DNA of 64,000 nucleotides from Holophagales bacterium (GCA_009837085.1 VXUF01000054.1:88705-152704); one strand, 5' to 3'; shown: positions 31,120-41,232, counted from the first letter of the stretch. The notes: generated by a model not told the origin, from the sequence alone. A program made the numbers and translations.

Positions 31120-31773
31120 CTGCCGGCCCGGCAGCGCCTCAGGATCAACGAGATCTTCTACTCGATCCAGGGGGAATCGACCTTCGCGGGCCGCCCCTGC
31201 GTACTGGTGCGACTCACCGGCTGCCAGATGCGCTGCACCTGGTGCGACACCGAGTACAGCTTCTACGAAGGCGCCTGGATGCGGGTCGACGACGTCATCG
31301 AGCGAGTGCTCTCGTACGATTGTCCCCTGGCCGAAGTCACCGGCGGCGAGCCGCTGCTCCAGCCCGGGGTCCACACCCTGATGAGCGGTTTGTGCGACCA
31401 AGGTCTCGAGGTCCTGCTCGAGACCGGCGGCGGACTCGACATCTCCGGCGTCGACCCGCGCGTGAGACGCATTGTCGATCTGAAGTGCCCGGCCAGCGGC
31501 GAGGTCTCGAACAACCACTGGCCCAACCTGCTGGACCTACGGGCTACCGACGAGGTGAAGCTCGTCGTCCAGGACCGCGACGACTACGAGTGGGCGCGAG
31601 AGGCCATCCGGGAGCACCGGATCGATCGCCGCTGCGCCGTCCACCTCTCGCCTGTCTGGGACGCCCTGGAGCCCGCCCAACTCGCCTCGTGGGTGCTCGA
31701 GGACGGGCTGCCCGTGCGGGTTTCGCTGCAGCTCCACAAGGCCCTCTGGGGCGGCGAAGCGCGCGGCGTCTGA
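31120..31773 (+). CDS. queE: 7-carboxy-7-deazaguanine synthase (radical SAM)
   Basis: Motif INEIFYSIQGES...RLTGCQMRCTWCDTEY. There is no ATG/GTG/TTG in frame between the acnA stop and the conserved N-terminus. A CTG at about 31120 is the only candidate, so the start is uncertain. Confidence 0.75.
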   Translation: MPARQRLRINEIFYSIQGESTFAGRPCVLVRLTGCQMRCTWCDTEYSFYEGAWMRVDDVIERVLSYDCPLAEVTGGEPLLQPGVHTLMSGLCDQGLEVLLETGGGLDISGVDPRVRRIVDLKCPASGEVSNNHWPNLLDLRATDEVKLVVQDRDDYEWAREAIREHRIDRRCAVHLSPVWDALEPAQLASWVLEDGLPVRVSLQLHKALWGGEARGV

Positions 31774-31902
31774 ACCGGACCGCGCCGCCTCCCACGAGCG
31801 CATGGGGGACTGCTACACTCCGCGCCGAATGTGGCCCAGGACGATTCGGATGCCGGGAAGGGCAGAGCTCTGGGGGGAAGAAGAAGGGGTGAGACAGTCA
31901 AG

Positions 31903-33168
31903 ATGAAAGCGGCCAAGCTGACCTACGAGGACCAGGAATACGAATTCCCCGTTATCGTCGGCTCCGAGGGCGAAGTGGCGATTCAGAGCCACGCGCTCCG
32001 GAGCCTGACCGGTGCCATAACGCTCGACCCCGGCTACGGAAACACGGGTTCCTGCCGCAGCGCGATCACGTTCATCGACGGCGAGCAGGGGATCCTGCGC
32101 TACCGCGGCTACCCCATCGAGCAGCTCGCGGAGGAAGCGTCCTTCGTCGAGGTCTGCTACCTGCTGATCTACGGCGAACTGCCAGATCAGGACGAACTGG
32201 ACGACTTCCGCGCAAAGCTGCGACGGCACACGCTGATCCACGAAGACATGAAGAAGTTCTTCGAGGCGTATCCGCCGACGGCGCATCCGATGGCGATCCT
32301 GTCCTCGATGATCTCGTCGCTCGCCACCTTCTACTCCGAGGACGAGGACGTCGACCTGCACGTCGTTCGGCTGATCGCCAAGCTGCCGACGATCGTCGCG
32401 TTCTCCTACAAGAAGTCGATCGGGCAACCCTTCGTCTACCCGCAGAACGACCTGGGCTACGCGGAGAACTTCCTGAACATGATGTTCTCCGTCCCGTGCG
32501 AAGACTACGCACCACCGCCGGTTCTGTCCCGGGCCCTCAACATGCTGCTCATCCTGCATGCCGACCACGAGCAGAACTGCTCCACATCGACGGTCCGCAT
32601 GGTCGGCAGTTCCGGCGCCAGCCTGTTCGCCGCCATCTCGGCCGGAATCGACGCCCTCTCCGGGCCGCTTCACGGCGGCGCGAACCAGCAGGTGATCGAG
32701 ATGCTGGAGTCGATCCGCGACAGCGGCGACGACTTCAGCAAGTTCGTCGACCGCGCCAAGGACCGGGACGATCCCTTCCGCCTGATGGGCTTCGGCCACC
32801 GCGTCTACAAGAACTTCGACCCGCGGGCCAGCATCCTGAAGGGCGCCGCGGACCAGGTCCTCGCGCAACTCGGCGTCAACGATCCGCTGCTGGCGATCGC
32901 CAGGAACCTGGAGGAGGTCGCCCTCCGGGATCAGTTCTTCGTCGACCGCAAGCTCTACCCGAACGTCGACTTCTACAGCGGCATCATCTACCGGGCGATG
33001 GGCCTCCCGACGAACATGTTCACCGTCATGTTCGCACTCGGCCGGCTACCCGGCTGGCTCGCCCACTGGAAGGAGATGTCCGTTGACCCGGACAACCGGA
33101 TCAACCGGCCGCGCCAGATCTACACCGGCGCCACGACCCGCGACTATGTGCCGCTCGCCGACCGCTAG
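31903..33168 (+). CDS. gltA: Citrate synthase
   Basis: 421 aa from the ATG at 31903. Motifs GYGHRVYK, catalytic His/Asp context, LKLTYEDQEYEFPV N-terminus. Confidence 0.93.
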   Translation: MKAAKLTYEDQEYEFPVIVGSEGEVAIQSHALRSLTGAITLDPGYGNTGSCRSAITFIDGEQGILRYRGYPIEQLAEEASFVEVCYLLIYGELPDQDELDDFRAKLRRHTLIHEDMKKFFEAYPPTAHPMAILSSMISSLATFYSEDEDVDLHVVRLIAKLPTIVAFSYKKSIGQPFVYPQNDLGYAENFLNMMFSVPCEDYAPPPVLSRALNMLLILHADHEQNCSTSTVRMVGSSGASLFAAISAGIDALSGPLHGGANQQVIEMLESIRDSGDDFSKFVDRAKDRDDPFRLMGFGHRVYKNFDPRASILKGAADQVLAQLGVNDPLLAIARNLEEVALRDQFFVDRKLYPNVDFYSGIIYRAMGLPTNMFTVMFALGRLPGWLAHWKEMSVDPDNRINRPRQIYTGATTRDYVPLADR

Positions 33169-33190
33169 TGCGGCAGAAGGTTCAGAGCCG
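33169..33190. repeat. Short copy (C) of the post-stop motif TAG-yGCGGCAGAAGGTyCAGA, also seen after tyrA
   Basis: 17 nt with 1 mismatch to 56139-56155. It sits between the convergent stops of gltA and the MaoC gene. Confidence 0.45.
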
Positions 33191-33712
33191 CTAGGCGCGT
33201 AGCTCCGGGCGGGTCGGCTTCGCCGGCACGTGGCCCCGGCGGTACACCAGGATCGTCCGGTCGAAGGTGATCACCGGCTTGCCGTCCTGGTTGTAGCCGA
33301 CGGTCCGGAAGCCGACGATTCCCTGGTGCGGCCGCGACTTCGACTCGCGCACGGAGAGCACCTCGCTCTGCGCGTAGAGGGTGTCGCCCTCGAACACCGG
33401 GTTGGGTAGCCGGACCCTGTCCCAGCCCAGGTTCACCGCGTTCTGGGACAGATCGGCCACGGTCAGGGCCGTTACCAGGGACAGGGTGAAGCAGGAGTTG
33501 ACCACGGGCCGGCCCCACTCCGTCTGGCCCGCGTACTCCCGGTCGAAGTGGATCGGGTTCGGGTTCAGGGTAATCATCGTCAGCCAGACGTTGTCGCCCT
33601 CGGTAACGGTGCGACCCAGCGCGTGCCGGAAGATCTGACCTACGGCGAAGTCTTCAAACACTCTGCCGGCGCCATCCGCCGGGGGGCCGGTATGTACGTT
33701 GTCGCTGCTCAT
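33191..33712 (-). CDS. MaoC-like (R)-specific enoyl-CoA hydratase / hotdog-fold dehydratase
   Basis: Hotdog-fold MaoC pattern (FRHALGRTVTEGD...NPIHFD...G.TLY). Confidence 0.85.
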   Translation of the reverse strand: MSSDNVHTGPPADGAGRVFEDFAVGQIFRHALGRTVTEGDNVWLTMITLNPNPIHFDREYAGQTEWGRPVVNSCFTLSLVTALTVADLSQNAVNLGWDRVRLPNPVFEGDTLYAQSEVLSVRESKSRPHQGIVGFRTVGYNQDGKPVITFDRTILVYRRGHVPAKPTRPELRA

Positions 33713-34830
33713 GCCTTGAGGACCGCTCCCTTCTGTTCCAGTTCGAGGATGTCGCCCGCGCCGTAGCCGAGTTCCGCGAGTACCTCCTCCGTGTGCTCGC
33801 CCATCCGCGGTTCGCGCCGCCGCAGCGTGCCCGGCGTGCGCCCCAGGCGCGGCGCGGGCGCGATGTGGATCTCGCCGTCAGGTCCGATCGGAAAGGTGCC
33901 GCGCTCGGCGTTGTGGGCGTGCCGGGGCGCCTCGTCGAGGTCGAGCACGGGCGACACGCAGGCATCGAGTTCGCTGAACACCTCCGCCCACTCATCCCGC
34001 GTGCGGGTCAGGAAGGCGCGCCGGAAGGCCTCGATGTGCTCCGGCCAGCGCTCCGTGTCCATCTGCTGATCCGCCACGCCGACGCCGGTTCCTTCGCATA
34101 GCGCCGCGAAGAACTGCGGCTCGATGGCGCCTACCGAGACGTAGCCGCCGCACTTGCACTCGTAGCAGCGATAGAACGCGGCACCGCCTCCCAGGAGGCC
34201 GATCCCCGGTGTCGAGCGGGCGCCCTTCTGAGCGAAGTGGACGGCCATCAGGGATGCCGCGCCGTCGATCATCGCGGCGTCGATGTACTGGCCCCGACCG
34301 GACCGCTCCCGTTCGAAGATGGCGCAGAGGATGCCGAACGCGGCCATCAGTCCGCCGCCGCCGAAGTCGGCGACCAGGTTGAGTGGCGGCAACGGCGGGT
34401 CGCTCCCGTTCCCGATCTGGGACAGCACGCCGGCGAGCGCGATGTAGTTCACGTCGTGGCCGGCGGCCTGGGACATCGGCCCGGTCTGCCCGTAGCCCGT
34501 CAGCGAGCAGTAGACCAGCCGCTCATTCAGAGCCGAAAGCGTGGGGTAGTCGCAACCCAGGCGCGCACAGACACCAGGGCGGTTGCCCTCGAGGAAGACG
34601 TCGGCGGACCTCGCCAACTCGTGGAGGATGCGCTGGCCGCCCGCGGTCTTCAGGTTGAGCGCGATGCTGCGCTTGTTGCGCGAGAGCATGTCGCCCGAGC
34701 GGACCGGCCCGCCGACCGCGTTGTCGACCCGCAGTACGTCCGCGCCCATGTCGGCAAGCAGCATGGAGCAGTAGGGGCCGGGCGCCAGCCGCGACAGGTC
34801 GAGAACCCGCAATCCGTCAAGCGCGCCCAC
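33709..34830 (-). CDS. Family III CoA-transferase (CaiB/BaiF family)
   Basis: N-terminus GALDGLRVLDLSRLAPGPYCSMLLADMGADVLRV and whole-length CaiB-type similarity. GTG start at 34830. 4-nt overlap with the MaoC gene. Confidence 0.85.
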   Translation of the reverse strand: MGALDGLRVLDLSRLAPGPYCSMLLADMGADVLRVDNAVGGPVRSGDMLSRNKRSIALNLKTAGGQRILHELARSADVFLEGNRPGVCARLGCDYPTLSALNERLVYCSLTGYGQTGPMSQAAGHDVNYIALAGVLSQIGNGSDPPLPPLNLVADFGGGGLMAAFGILCAIFERERSGRGQYIDAAMIDGAASLMAVHFAQKGARSTPGIGLLGGGAAFYRCYECKCGGYVSVGAIEPQFFAALCEGTGVGVADQQMDTERWPEHIEAFRRAFLTRTRDEWAEVFSELDACVSPVLDLDEAPRHAHNAERGTFPIGPDGEIHIAPAPRLGRTPGTLRRREPRMGEHTEEVLAELGYGAGDILELEQKGAVLKA

Positions 34831-34882
34831 GGCGGCGGAGCCTAGCAGCGCCCGCGGAACCCGCCGTTGATACCCTGACCCG

Positions 34883-36163
34883 ATGGAAGCGCCGGCCCCG
34901 GCCACCGTTCTGCCGCGCTCCAAGCATCGCATCGCCTCACGCCAGATCTCCATCGGGGCCCAGAAGGTCCTCCACCGGCTCCGTCAGAGCGGCAAGAACG
35001 CCTGCCTGGTAGGGGGCAGCGTGCGCGACCTGATGCTCGGCCGGCGGCCGAAGGACTACGACGTCGTCACCGACGCACGGCCCGAGGAAGTGCGCCGGCT
35101 CTTCAGAAACTCCCGGATCATCGGCCGCCGCTTCCGTCTCGTCCACGTCCTGTTCGCGGGCGAGGTGGTCGAAGTGTCGACCTTCCGCGGCGCGCCTGAC
35201 CCGGACGACCAGCGCCGGTCCCCCGGCGAACTCCTCGTGACCAGCGACAACACCTACGGCACCCCGAAGCAGGACGCGTTCCGCCGCGACTTCACGGTCA
35301 ACGCCCTGCTCTATCGCGCCTCGGACCGCGCCGTCGTCGACTACGTCGGCGGCATACCGGACCTGGAGCGGCGCTCTCTGCGGGTGATCGGCGATCCGAA
35401 CGTGCGCTACCGGGAGGACCCGGTGCGCATGCTACGCGCCTGCGAGTTCGCCGCCCGCCTGGACTTCGAGATCGAGGAAGAGACGCTCGGCGCCGCCTTC
35501 GCGCATCGCCGCGACATGGTCAAGGCTTCGCCGCACCGTCTGATCGAGGAGCTGCTCCAACTGCTCTCGAGTGGCCGCAGCGCCGCGGCCTTCGACTGGA
35601 TGGGACGTTCCGGACTGCTGCCGGTCGTCCTCCCCGAGGTCGATGAAGTGTCGGGACAGTCGAGCGGATCGAACAGCTTCTCGAACCTCGCCGGCCTACT
35701 CGACGAACGGGTGCGGACGGGCCCCGAGGTACCGACCGCGGTGCTCCTCTCGTCCCTGCTGCTGCCGCGGGTCGTGGTCGGCAGGGATCGGTTGGAAGCG
35801 GGCGGAGCGAGGGTTTATCGCCGCCGTCTTCAGCAGCTCGTGGACGACGTGGTGGCCGACTTCGGCGAGCGTTTCGCGCTCTCCGCCGCGCGTCGCAGCA
35901 AGATGAAGAAGGCGCTAGAGACCTTTCAGCGCCTGTGCGAAGAGCCCCGCGGTTCGAGAACCGTGCAGAGCCTCGTTCGGCGCGAAGCCTTCGGGCCCGC
36001 TCTCGAGCTCTTCACCCTGCTCACGGCGGCAACGGGCGACGGAGCCGAGGCGCTCGAGGCCTGGCGGCGGCGGGCCGAAGCGGTACCGGCCGACCAGCCG
36101 GACCGTGCCGCACCGCGCCGCCGACGGCAGCGTCGCCGCCGGCCGCGAAGGCGCCACCTGTAG
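34883..36163 (+). CDS. Poly(A) polymerase / CCA-adding enzyme family nucleotidyltransferase
   Basis: Pol-beta NTase head (GGSVRDLMLGRRPKDYDVVTDA...RRDFTVNAL) and Arg-rich C-terminus. Confidence 0.85.
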   Translation: MEAPAPATVLPRSKHRIASRQISIGAQKVLHRLRQSGKNACLVGGSVRDLMLGRRPKDYDVVTDARPEEVRRLFRNSRIIGRRFRLVHVLFAGEVVEVSTFRGAPDPDDQRRSPGELLVTSDNTYGTPKQDAFRRDFTVNALLYRASDRAVVDYVGGIPDLERRSLRVIGDPNVRYREDPVRMLRACEFAARLDFEIEEETLGAAFAHRRDMVKASPHRLIEELLQLLSSGRSAAAFDWMGRSGLLPVVLPEVDEVSGQSSGSNSFSNLAGLLDERVRTGPEVPTAVLLSSLLLPRVVVGRDRLEAGGARVYRRRLQQLVDDVVADFGERFALSAARRSKMKKALETFQRLCEEPRGSRTVQSLVRREAFGPALELFTLLTAATGDGAEALEAWRRRAEAVPADQPDRAAPRRRRQRRRRPRRRHL

Positions 36164-36170
36164 CTGCCCC

Positions 36171-37703
36171 TCAGCCGGTCAGGCGAAACCAGCGCGCGAA
36201 GATCCGCTGGGCAAACGGAGTGAAACGGGTCGCGCGCCACTGGTTTGCCGCCTTCTTCAACACCTCGGCCCGTGTCGGATACGGCAGGATGGTCGAGGTG
36301 AACCGGGCAAGGCCAAGCCGATGGGTGACGGCCAGCGAGAGCGGCGCGATCAGATCGCCGGCGCCGGCCGCGACCACAGTGGCGCCGAGCACCCGGTCCT
36401 TGCCTCGCTGGAGCAGGACCCGCAGGAGTCCCTCCTCCTCGCCGTCGAGCATGGCGCGGTGGTTCTCGCCGAGCGGCACATCGATTACGTCGACGGCGAT
36501 GCCCCGCTCCTCTGCCTCCGAGCGGTCCAGGCCGACGTGCGCCACCTCAGGCGACGTGTACGTGCAGCGCGGCACAATCAGCCGGTCGGCCCGCGCGCTG
36601 GGGAAGAAGAGCGCGTTCTGGATCACGACGCCCGCGTGGGCGTCGGCGAGGTGCGTGAAGTTGGGCGCGGGCGTCACGTCGCCGGCCGCGAAGATACGGC
36701 GATTCGTGGTGCGCAGCTTCGCGTCGACCTCGACGCCGTTCGCGTCAGATCGCACGCCGACGCCGGCAAGGCCCAGGCCTTCGACGTTCGGCGTCCTGCC
36801 CACGGCGACGAGGAGTTCGTCGCACATCGTCTCGTGACGTTCGCCTTCGCCGTCGACGTAGGTCAACCGGATCGCTCCGGACTCGGGCACGGCCTCCTCG
36901 ATCCTGGCGCCGAGCGCCAGGTCGACGCCGTCCCGCCGGAGCGCTCGTTCGACCAGGGCCGCAGCGTCCGGGTCCTCGCGCGGCAGGATGGCGGGCAGCA
37001 CGTCGAACGTCGTCACCCGGCTGCCGAGTCGGGCGAAGGCCTGAGACAGCTCGCAGCCGATCGGGCCCGCCCCGACAACGGCCAGTCGCTCCGGCCGCTC
37101 GGTGAGGGTGAAGACGGTCTCGTTGGTCAGGTAGTCGCAGCGCTCGAGCCCTGGTATCGGCGGCGCCAGCGGGCGGGCGCCGGTCGCGATCACGGCCCTC
37201 CGAAAACGCAGTTCCCGATCACCGGCGGGGCCGGCCACCGCGATCGAGCGATCCGAGACGAAGCGTCCCTCCCCCAGGTACACGTCGACGCCGGCATCCT
37301 GGAAACGCTCCGCGCTGTCGTCCCGGCTGATCGCCGCGCGGACACGGCGCATCCGCTCCATCGCCGCACCGAAGTCGCCAGACTGCTCGGACCCGGGCGC
37401 TCCGAACAGGGGATCGGCGCGACCCGCACTCCATCGCCTCGCGGCCGCGATCACGGCCTTGGACGGTACGCAACCGAAGTTCAGGCAGTCGCCGCCCATC
37501 AGCCGGCGCTCGATCAGCGCCACGCGGGCGCCCAGGCCCGCCGCCACGATCGCGGTCACGAGACCCGCGGTGCCGGCCCCGATCACCACCAGGTGGTAGC
37601 GAGCCGACGGTTCAGGATTCGTCCAGTCGGCCGGCGCCACCTGGGCGGTCAGCTCCCGGTCATGCCGGTCCTCCGCCAGGATCTCCGGTCTGGCGCCCAT
37701 CAT
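36171..37703 (-). CDS. Pyridine nucleotide-disulfide oxidoreductase (dihydrolipoamide dehydrogenase / mercuric-reductase-like, no NmerA, no C-terminal Cys pair)
   Basis: FAD site GAGTAG, redox CxxxxC (GGDCLNFGCVPSK), NAD site GAGPIG, C-terminal dimerisation His. ATGA overlap with the upstream TVP38 gene. The 884-aa ORF upstream of 37703 is out-of-frame extension. Confidence 0.88.
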   Translation of the reverse strand: MMGARPEILAEDRHDRELTAQVAPADWTNPEPSARYHLVVIGAGTAGLVTAIVAAGLGARVALIERRLMGGDCLNFGCVPSKAVIAAARRWSAGRADPLFGAPGSEQSGDFGAAMERMRRVRAAISRDDSAERFQDAGVDVYLGEGRFVSDRSIAVAGPAGDRELRFRRAVIATGARPLAPPIPGLERCDYLTNETVFTLTERPERLAVVGAGPIGCELSQAFARLGSRVTTFDVLPAILPREDPDAAALVERALRRDGVDLALGARIEEAVPESGAIRLTYVDGEGERHETMCDELLVAVGRTPNVEGLGLAGVGVRSDANGVEVDAKLRTTNRRIFAAGDVTPAPNFTHLADAHAGVVIQNALFFPSARADRLIVPRCTYTSPEVAHVGLDRSEAEERGIAVDVIDVPLGENHRAMLDGEEEGLLRVLLQRGKDRVLGATVVAAGAGDLIAPLSLAVTHRLGLARFTSTILPYPTRAEVLKKAANQWRATRFTPFAQRIFARWFRLTG

Positions 37704-38425
37704 TCGCCAACCTCCTCCCTGAGTGCCCGGCGAGCGATGCGAACGATGATGGTGGTAGCGGCAACGGTCGCGATCAAACCGACGCCCAGGAGCGCGTGGT
37801 CGCCCCAACCCCGCTCGTTGCCGACTCCGGCCGCGATCTCGGCCACGTCGCCGACCACCTTGCCGTAGTAGACGTAGAGCAGGGTCGCGGGGAGCATGCC
37901 GATGAAGGCCCTGACGTAGTCCCCCAGCCTCACTCTCGTCAGTCCCAGAGCGTAGTTCAGCAGGACGAAGGGAACGACAGGCGTGAGCCGCAGCAGCAGG
38001 ACGATCTTGAATCCCTCGCGGCCCACCGCCCGGTCGATGGCGGCAAACCGGGGCTCCGCGGCGACGCGCTTCTCGATCGCCCCGCGGACCAGGTATCTGG
38101 ACGCCAGAAAGGCCGCCGTCGCCCCCAGCGAAGCGCCGACGAAGACGAGCGCGGTGCCTTCTGTGAGACCGAAGATCGCGCCGCCGGCGAGGGTAAGCAG
38201 CGAACCGGGAATGAACGCGACGGTCGCCACGGTGTAGCCCAGGACGAACACGATCGGGCCCCACACGCCGAGACCATCCACCCAGGCGGTGAACTCCGGC
38301 AGGTAGCCCGCCACGCGCCGGCCGAACAGGAGCAGTGCCGCGATGAGAACGACGACGGCGCCAACCCGCAGGGCCAGGCCCGCCTTTGAGGTCCTCGCAC
38401 CGGCAGTTCGGGCAGCTTCGTTCAT
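37700..38425 (-). CDS. TVP38/TMEM64 (DedA/SNARE-associated) family membrane protein
   Basis: Multi-TM protein with the DedA-type core (GYLPE...FIPGSLLTLAGG...LRLTPVVPF). Confidence 0.85.
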   Translation of the reverse strand: MNEAARTAGARTSKAGLALRVGAVVVLIAALLLFGRRVAGYLPEFTAWVDGLGVWGPIVFVLGYTVATVAFIPGSLLTLAGGAIFGLTEGTALVFVGASLGATAAFLASRYLVRGAIEKRVAAEPRFAAIDRAVGREGFKIVLLLRLTPVVPFVLLNYALGLTRVRLGDYVRAFIGMLPATLLYVYYGKVVGDVAEIAAGVGNERGWGDHALLGVGLIATVAATTIIVRIARRALREEVGE

Positions 38426-39759
38426 TCGTCATCTCCACCGTAGCGGTGCTCCGCGCCCGCGAGATCGAACACGGTCTTGACCGGCGTGTACACCTCGCCG
38501 GGGAGGTCGACGAACCGCGTCTCCCAACCGGCCATCGAGCCGTTCCACAGGCCGGGCCGTTCCAGCGAAAAGAGCGGTCTGCCGCCGTGGCTCTTGTAAA
38601 CGAGGAAGCTGGCCGCGTGATCGACGTAGTTCTCGAGGCAGTACGGTTCGCCGCCGGGCTTGAGGACTGCACAAACCATGAACACGGGGTTGAAGTGAGT
38701 CGCCCCGCCGAGGATGGCCGACTGCTCCGCGTCGTCCAAGTCGATCTGCGACGTCTCGACGATCTGCAGTCCGACGTCGCCCGACTCGTTCCGCACCCAG
38801 AACGGACCGCCACCCGCCGTTCCAAGGGTCGGCACGACGCCGCAAACCCGGGACGGTCGGTCGGAACTCCGCGCCATCTCCCGCGCCATGCCGGCCAGAA
38901 CCCGGAGCGCCCGCACCGCCGGGCCCTGGAACGGTTCCGGCTGCATGTTGTCGATGTTCTTTATCGCGATGAGCTCAAAGCCCTGATCGGCCAACTGCTG
39001 GAGATTGCGGAGCAGCGCGCCATGTCCGCCGGGCCGGACCAGCAGGGACGCCGCCGGATCGTCGTTCAATCGGAAGGGTCGATCCCGCTCGTCGAGGGCG
39101 ATGCTGTCGGTGGCCGGAGACTGGTGGGAGAGCGTGATCTCGAAACGGCATCCGCAACGTCGCTCGAGCGCCGGCAACCGCTCGTGGAGCAACGCCTCGA
39201 ACGCCGGCCGGTGCCGCGAAGTGACGGAGAAGTGAAGCGCCGCCGATCCACCGCCACCGAGGACGGCGGCCGCCTCGACCAGGTGCTCCTCGAGCGCCGT
39301 GCGCACGTTGCCGTCCGGATACCGGTGGAAGGGGATCAGAGCCTTCGGCGTGTCGCCGTACTGCTCCAGGACGTCCACGGCGCCGCCGTCGAACGGCAGA
39401 TGGCGCCGCGCGTTCGCGAAGCGACGAAGTACGGGATGGTCCGAGTCGCCGCCGCCGCCAGCCGACCTGAGCTCCGCAAAGAGCCGGGACGCCGCGCCTG
39501 AGGCCGGCACGAACCGGACCATGCGCCCGGATCGCGCCGCCGAACGTCCCTCTTCGGCAAGCCGGTCCGCTTCGGGCCCATCGGGTAGCGCGTCGATGCC
39601 GTCACCCGGCACAGCCGGCCGGATCAGCTCGGCCTTCGGGGGCGGATCGCGCAGAATGGCAAGCTGCCGCTGTGCCTCTTCGACGCCGATACCGTGCGCC
39701 TCTAGCTGCTCGCGGTCGGTCGCGCGCAGATCCTCCTCGCCTGTGGTCGCCGAGCTCAT
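38422..39759 (-). CDS. DUF4301-like protein (nucleotidyltransferase-like)
   Basis: N-terminus (DREQLEAHGIGVEEAQRQL...RFVPASGAASRLF) matches what I recall for the DUF4301 family. ATG at 39759. ATGA overlap with the downstream TVP38 gene. Confidence 0.6.
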   Translation of the reverse strand: MSSATTGEEDLRATDREQLEAHGIGVEEAQRQLAILRDPPPKAELIRPAVPGDGIDALPDGPEADRLAEEGRSAARSGRMVRFVPASGAASRLFAELRSAGGGGDSDHPVLRRFANARRHLPFDGGAVDVLEQYGDTPKALIPFHRYPDGNVRTALEEHLVEAAAVLGGGGSAALHFSVTSRHRPAFEALLHERLPALERRCGCRFEITLSHQSPATDSIALDERDRPFRLNDDPAASLLVRPGGHGALLRNLQQLADQGFELIAIKNIDNMQPEPFQGPAVRALRVLAGMAREMARSSDRPSRVCGVVPTLGTAGGGPFWVRNESGDVGLQIVETSQIDLDDAEQSAILGGATHFNPVFMVCAVLKPGGEPYCLENYVDHAASFLVYKSHGGRPLFSLERPGLWNGSMAGWETRFVDLPGEVYTPVKTVFDLAGAEHRYGGDDE

Positions 39760-39781
39760 CTCACCAGGAGAACGTCTCACG

Positions 39782-40348
39782 TCACCATGAGAACGTAGGC
39801 AACTGCTCGAAACATCCCGCGATCGTCGGCGCGGCGCGATCCCGGCCGGAGAGCAGCGGTTCTTCGATGGGCCAGTCGATGCCGATCTGCGGATCGTTCC
39901 AGGCGATCGCAAGCTCATCGTCGCCGTCGTAGTACTCGTCGCACTTGTACTGCACCTCGGCGGTCTCACTGACCACGCAGAAGCCGTGGGCGAATCCGCG
40001 CGGGATGAACAGCTGGCGAAAGTTGTCCTCCGAGAGCAGGCACCCGGTCCACTCCAGAAACGAGGGCGAGCCGCGCCGCACATCGACGGCTACGTCGAAG
40101 ACCTCGCCCCGGGTGACGCGGACGAGCTTGGCCTGCTGCCGGCGGCACTGAAGGTGAAGGCCCCGCACGGTGTCCCGGTTCGATCGGGAGTGGTTGTCCT
40201 GTACCCAGGGCCGGTCTACGCCGCCTCTCGCGAACATCGCCGCGTTGTAGCTCTCCAGGAAGAAACCGCGGCCGTCGCGATGAACGACCGGCTCGACGAT
40301 CAGGACGCTGCGCAGCCCCGTAGCGCGGACGTCGGGCGGAGCGCTCAC
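39782..40348 (-). CDS. rfbC: dTDP-4-dehydrorhamnose 3,5-epimerase
   Basis: RmlC cupin motifs (RGLHLQ...[20 protein letters not shown]). GTG start with GGAGG upstream. GTGA overlap with rfbA. Confidence 0.9.
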   Translation of the reverse strand: MSAPPDVRATGLRSVLIVEPVVHRDGRGFFLESYNAAMFARGGVDRPWVQDNHSRSNRDTVRGLHLQCRRQQAKLVRVTRGEVFDVAVDVRRGSPSFLEWTGCLLSEDNFRQLFIPRGFAHGFCVVSETAEVQYKCDEYYDGDDELAIAWNDPQIGIDWPIEEPLLSGRDRAAPTIAGCFEQLPTFSW

Positions 40349-41232
40349 CGACCTTCCTCCAGAACCAGGCTGAGGTAGCGACCGTACGCGTCGTTGGTCT
40401 TCGCCGCCAGCCGTCGCAACTGGTCGGCGTCGATGTAGCCCATGCGATAGGCGACCTCTTCCAGGCACGCCACCTTCAGGCCCTGCCGTTCCTCGAGCGC
40501 CTGAATGAAGTTGCCCGCCTGCAGCAGTGCCTCGTGAGTCCCGGTGTCGAGCCAGGCGATCCCTCGGCCAAGCAGTTCGACCCGCAGCGTCCCCTCGTCC
40601 AGGTAGATCCGGTTCAGGTCCGTGATCTCCAGTTCGCCGCGCGCCGACGGACGAAGCGTTCGTGCGAACTCGACGACTCGGTCGTCATAGAAGTAGAGAC
40701 CGGGCACCGCGTAAGGCGACTTCGGCGCCGACGGCTTCTCCTCCAGGCCGATCACACGCCGGCCCGCGTCGAAGGTGACGACGCCGTAGCGCTCCGGATC
40801 CCGGACCCGGTAGCCGAAGATCGTGGCGCCCGGCGACGACAGGTGGCGCGCCGCCGCCCGCTGCAGGACGTCGGCCAGTCCGTGGCCATGAAAGATGTTG
40901 TCTCCCAGGGCCAGCGCCGCCCGGGCGCCGCGCAGGTGTTCGGCTCCGATCAGGAACGCCTGGGCGATTCCCTCAGGAGCCTCCTGGACGGCGTAGGAAA
41001 GCTCGATGCCCAAGTCCCGGCCGTCACCGAGCAGGCGTCGGAACGCGGGCTGATCGTGCGGCGTGGTGATGATCAGGACTTCCCGGACGCCCGCAACCAT
41101 CAGGCTGGAGAGCGGATAGTGGATCATTGGCTGGTCGTAGACCGGCAGCAACTGCTTGCTGACCGCCCGCGTCACCGGGTGTAGCCGGGTGCCGGCCCCG
41201 CCCGCCAGCAGGATTCCCCGAAGCGGACTCAC
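40345..41232 (-). CDS. rfbA: Glucose-1-phosphate thymidylyltransferase
   Basis: RmlA signature [32 protein letters not shown] overlap with rfbB. Confidence 0.92.
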   Translation of the reverse strand: MSPLRGILLAGGAGTRLHPVTRAVSKQLLPVYDQPMIHYPLSSLMVAGVREVLIITTPHDQPAFRRLLGDGRDLGIELSYAVQEAPEGIAQAFLIGAEHLRGARAALALGDNIFHGHGLADVLQRAAARHLSSPGATIFGYRVRDPERYGVVTFDAGRRVIGLEEKPSAPKSPYAVPGLYFYDDRVVEFARTLRPSARGELEITDLNRIYLDEGTLRVELLGRGIAWLDTGTHEALLQAGNFIQALEERQGLKVACLEEVAYRMGYIDADQLRRLAAKTNDAYGRYLSLVLEEGR

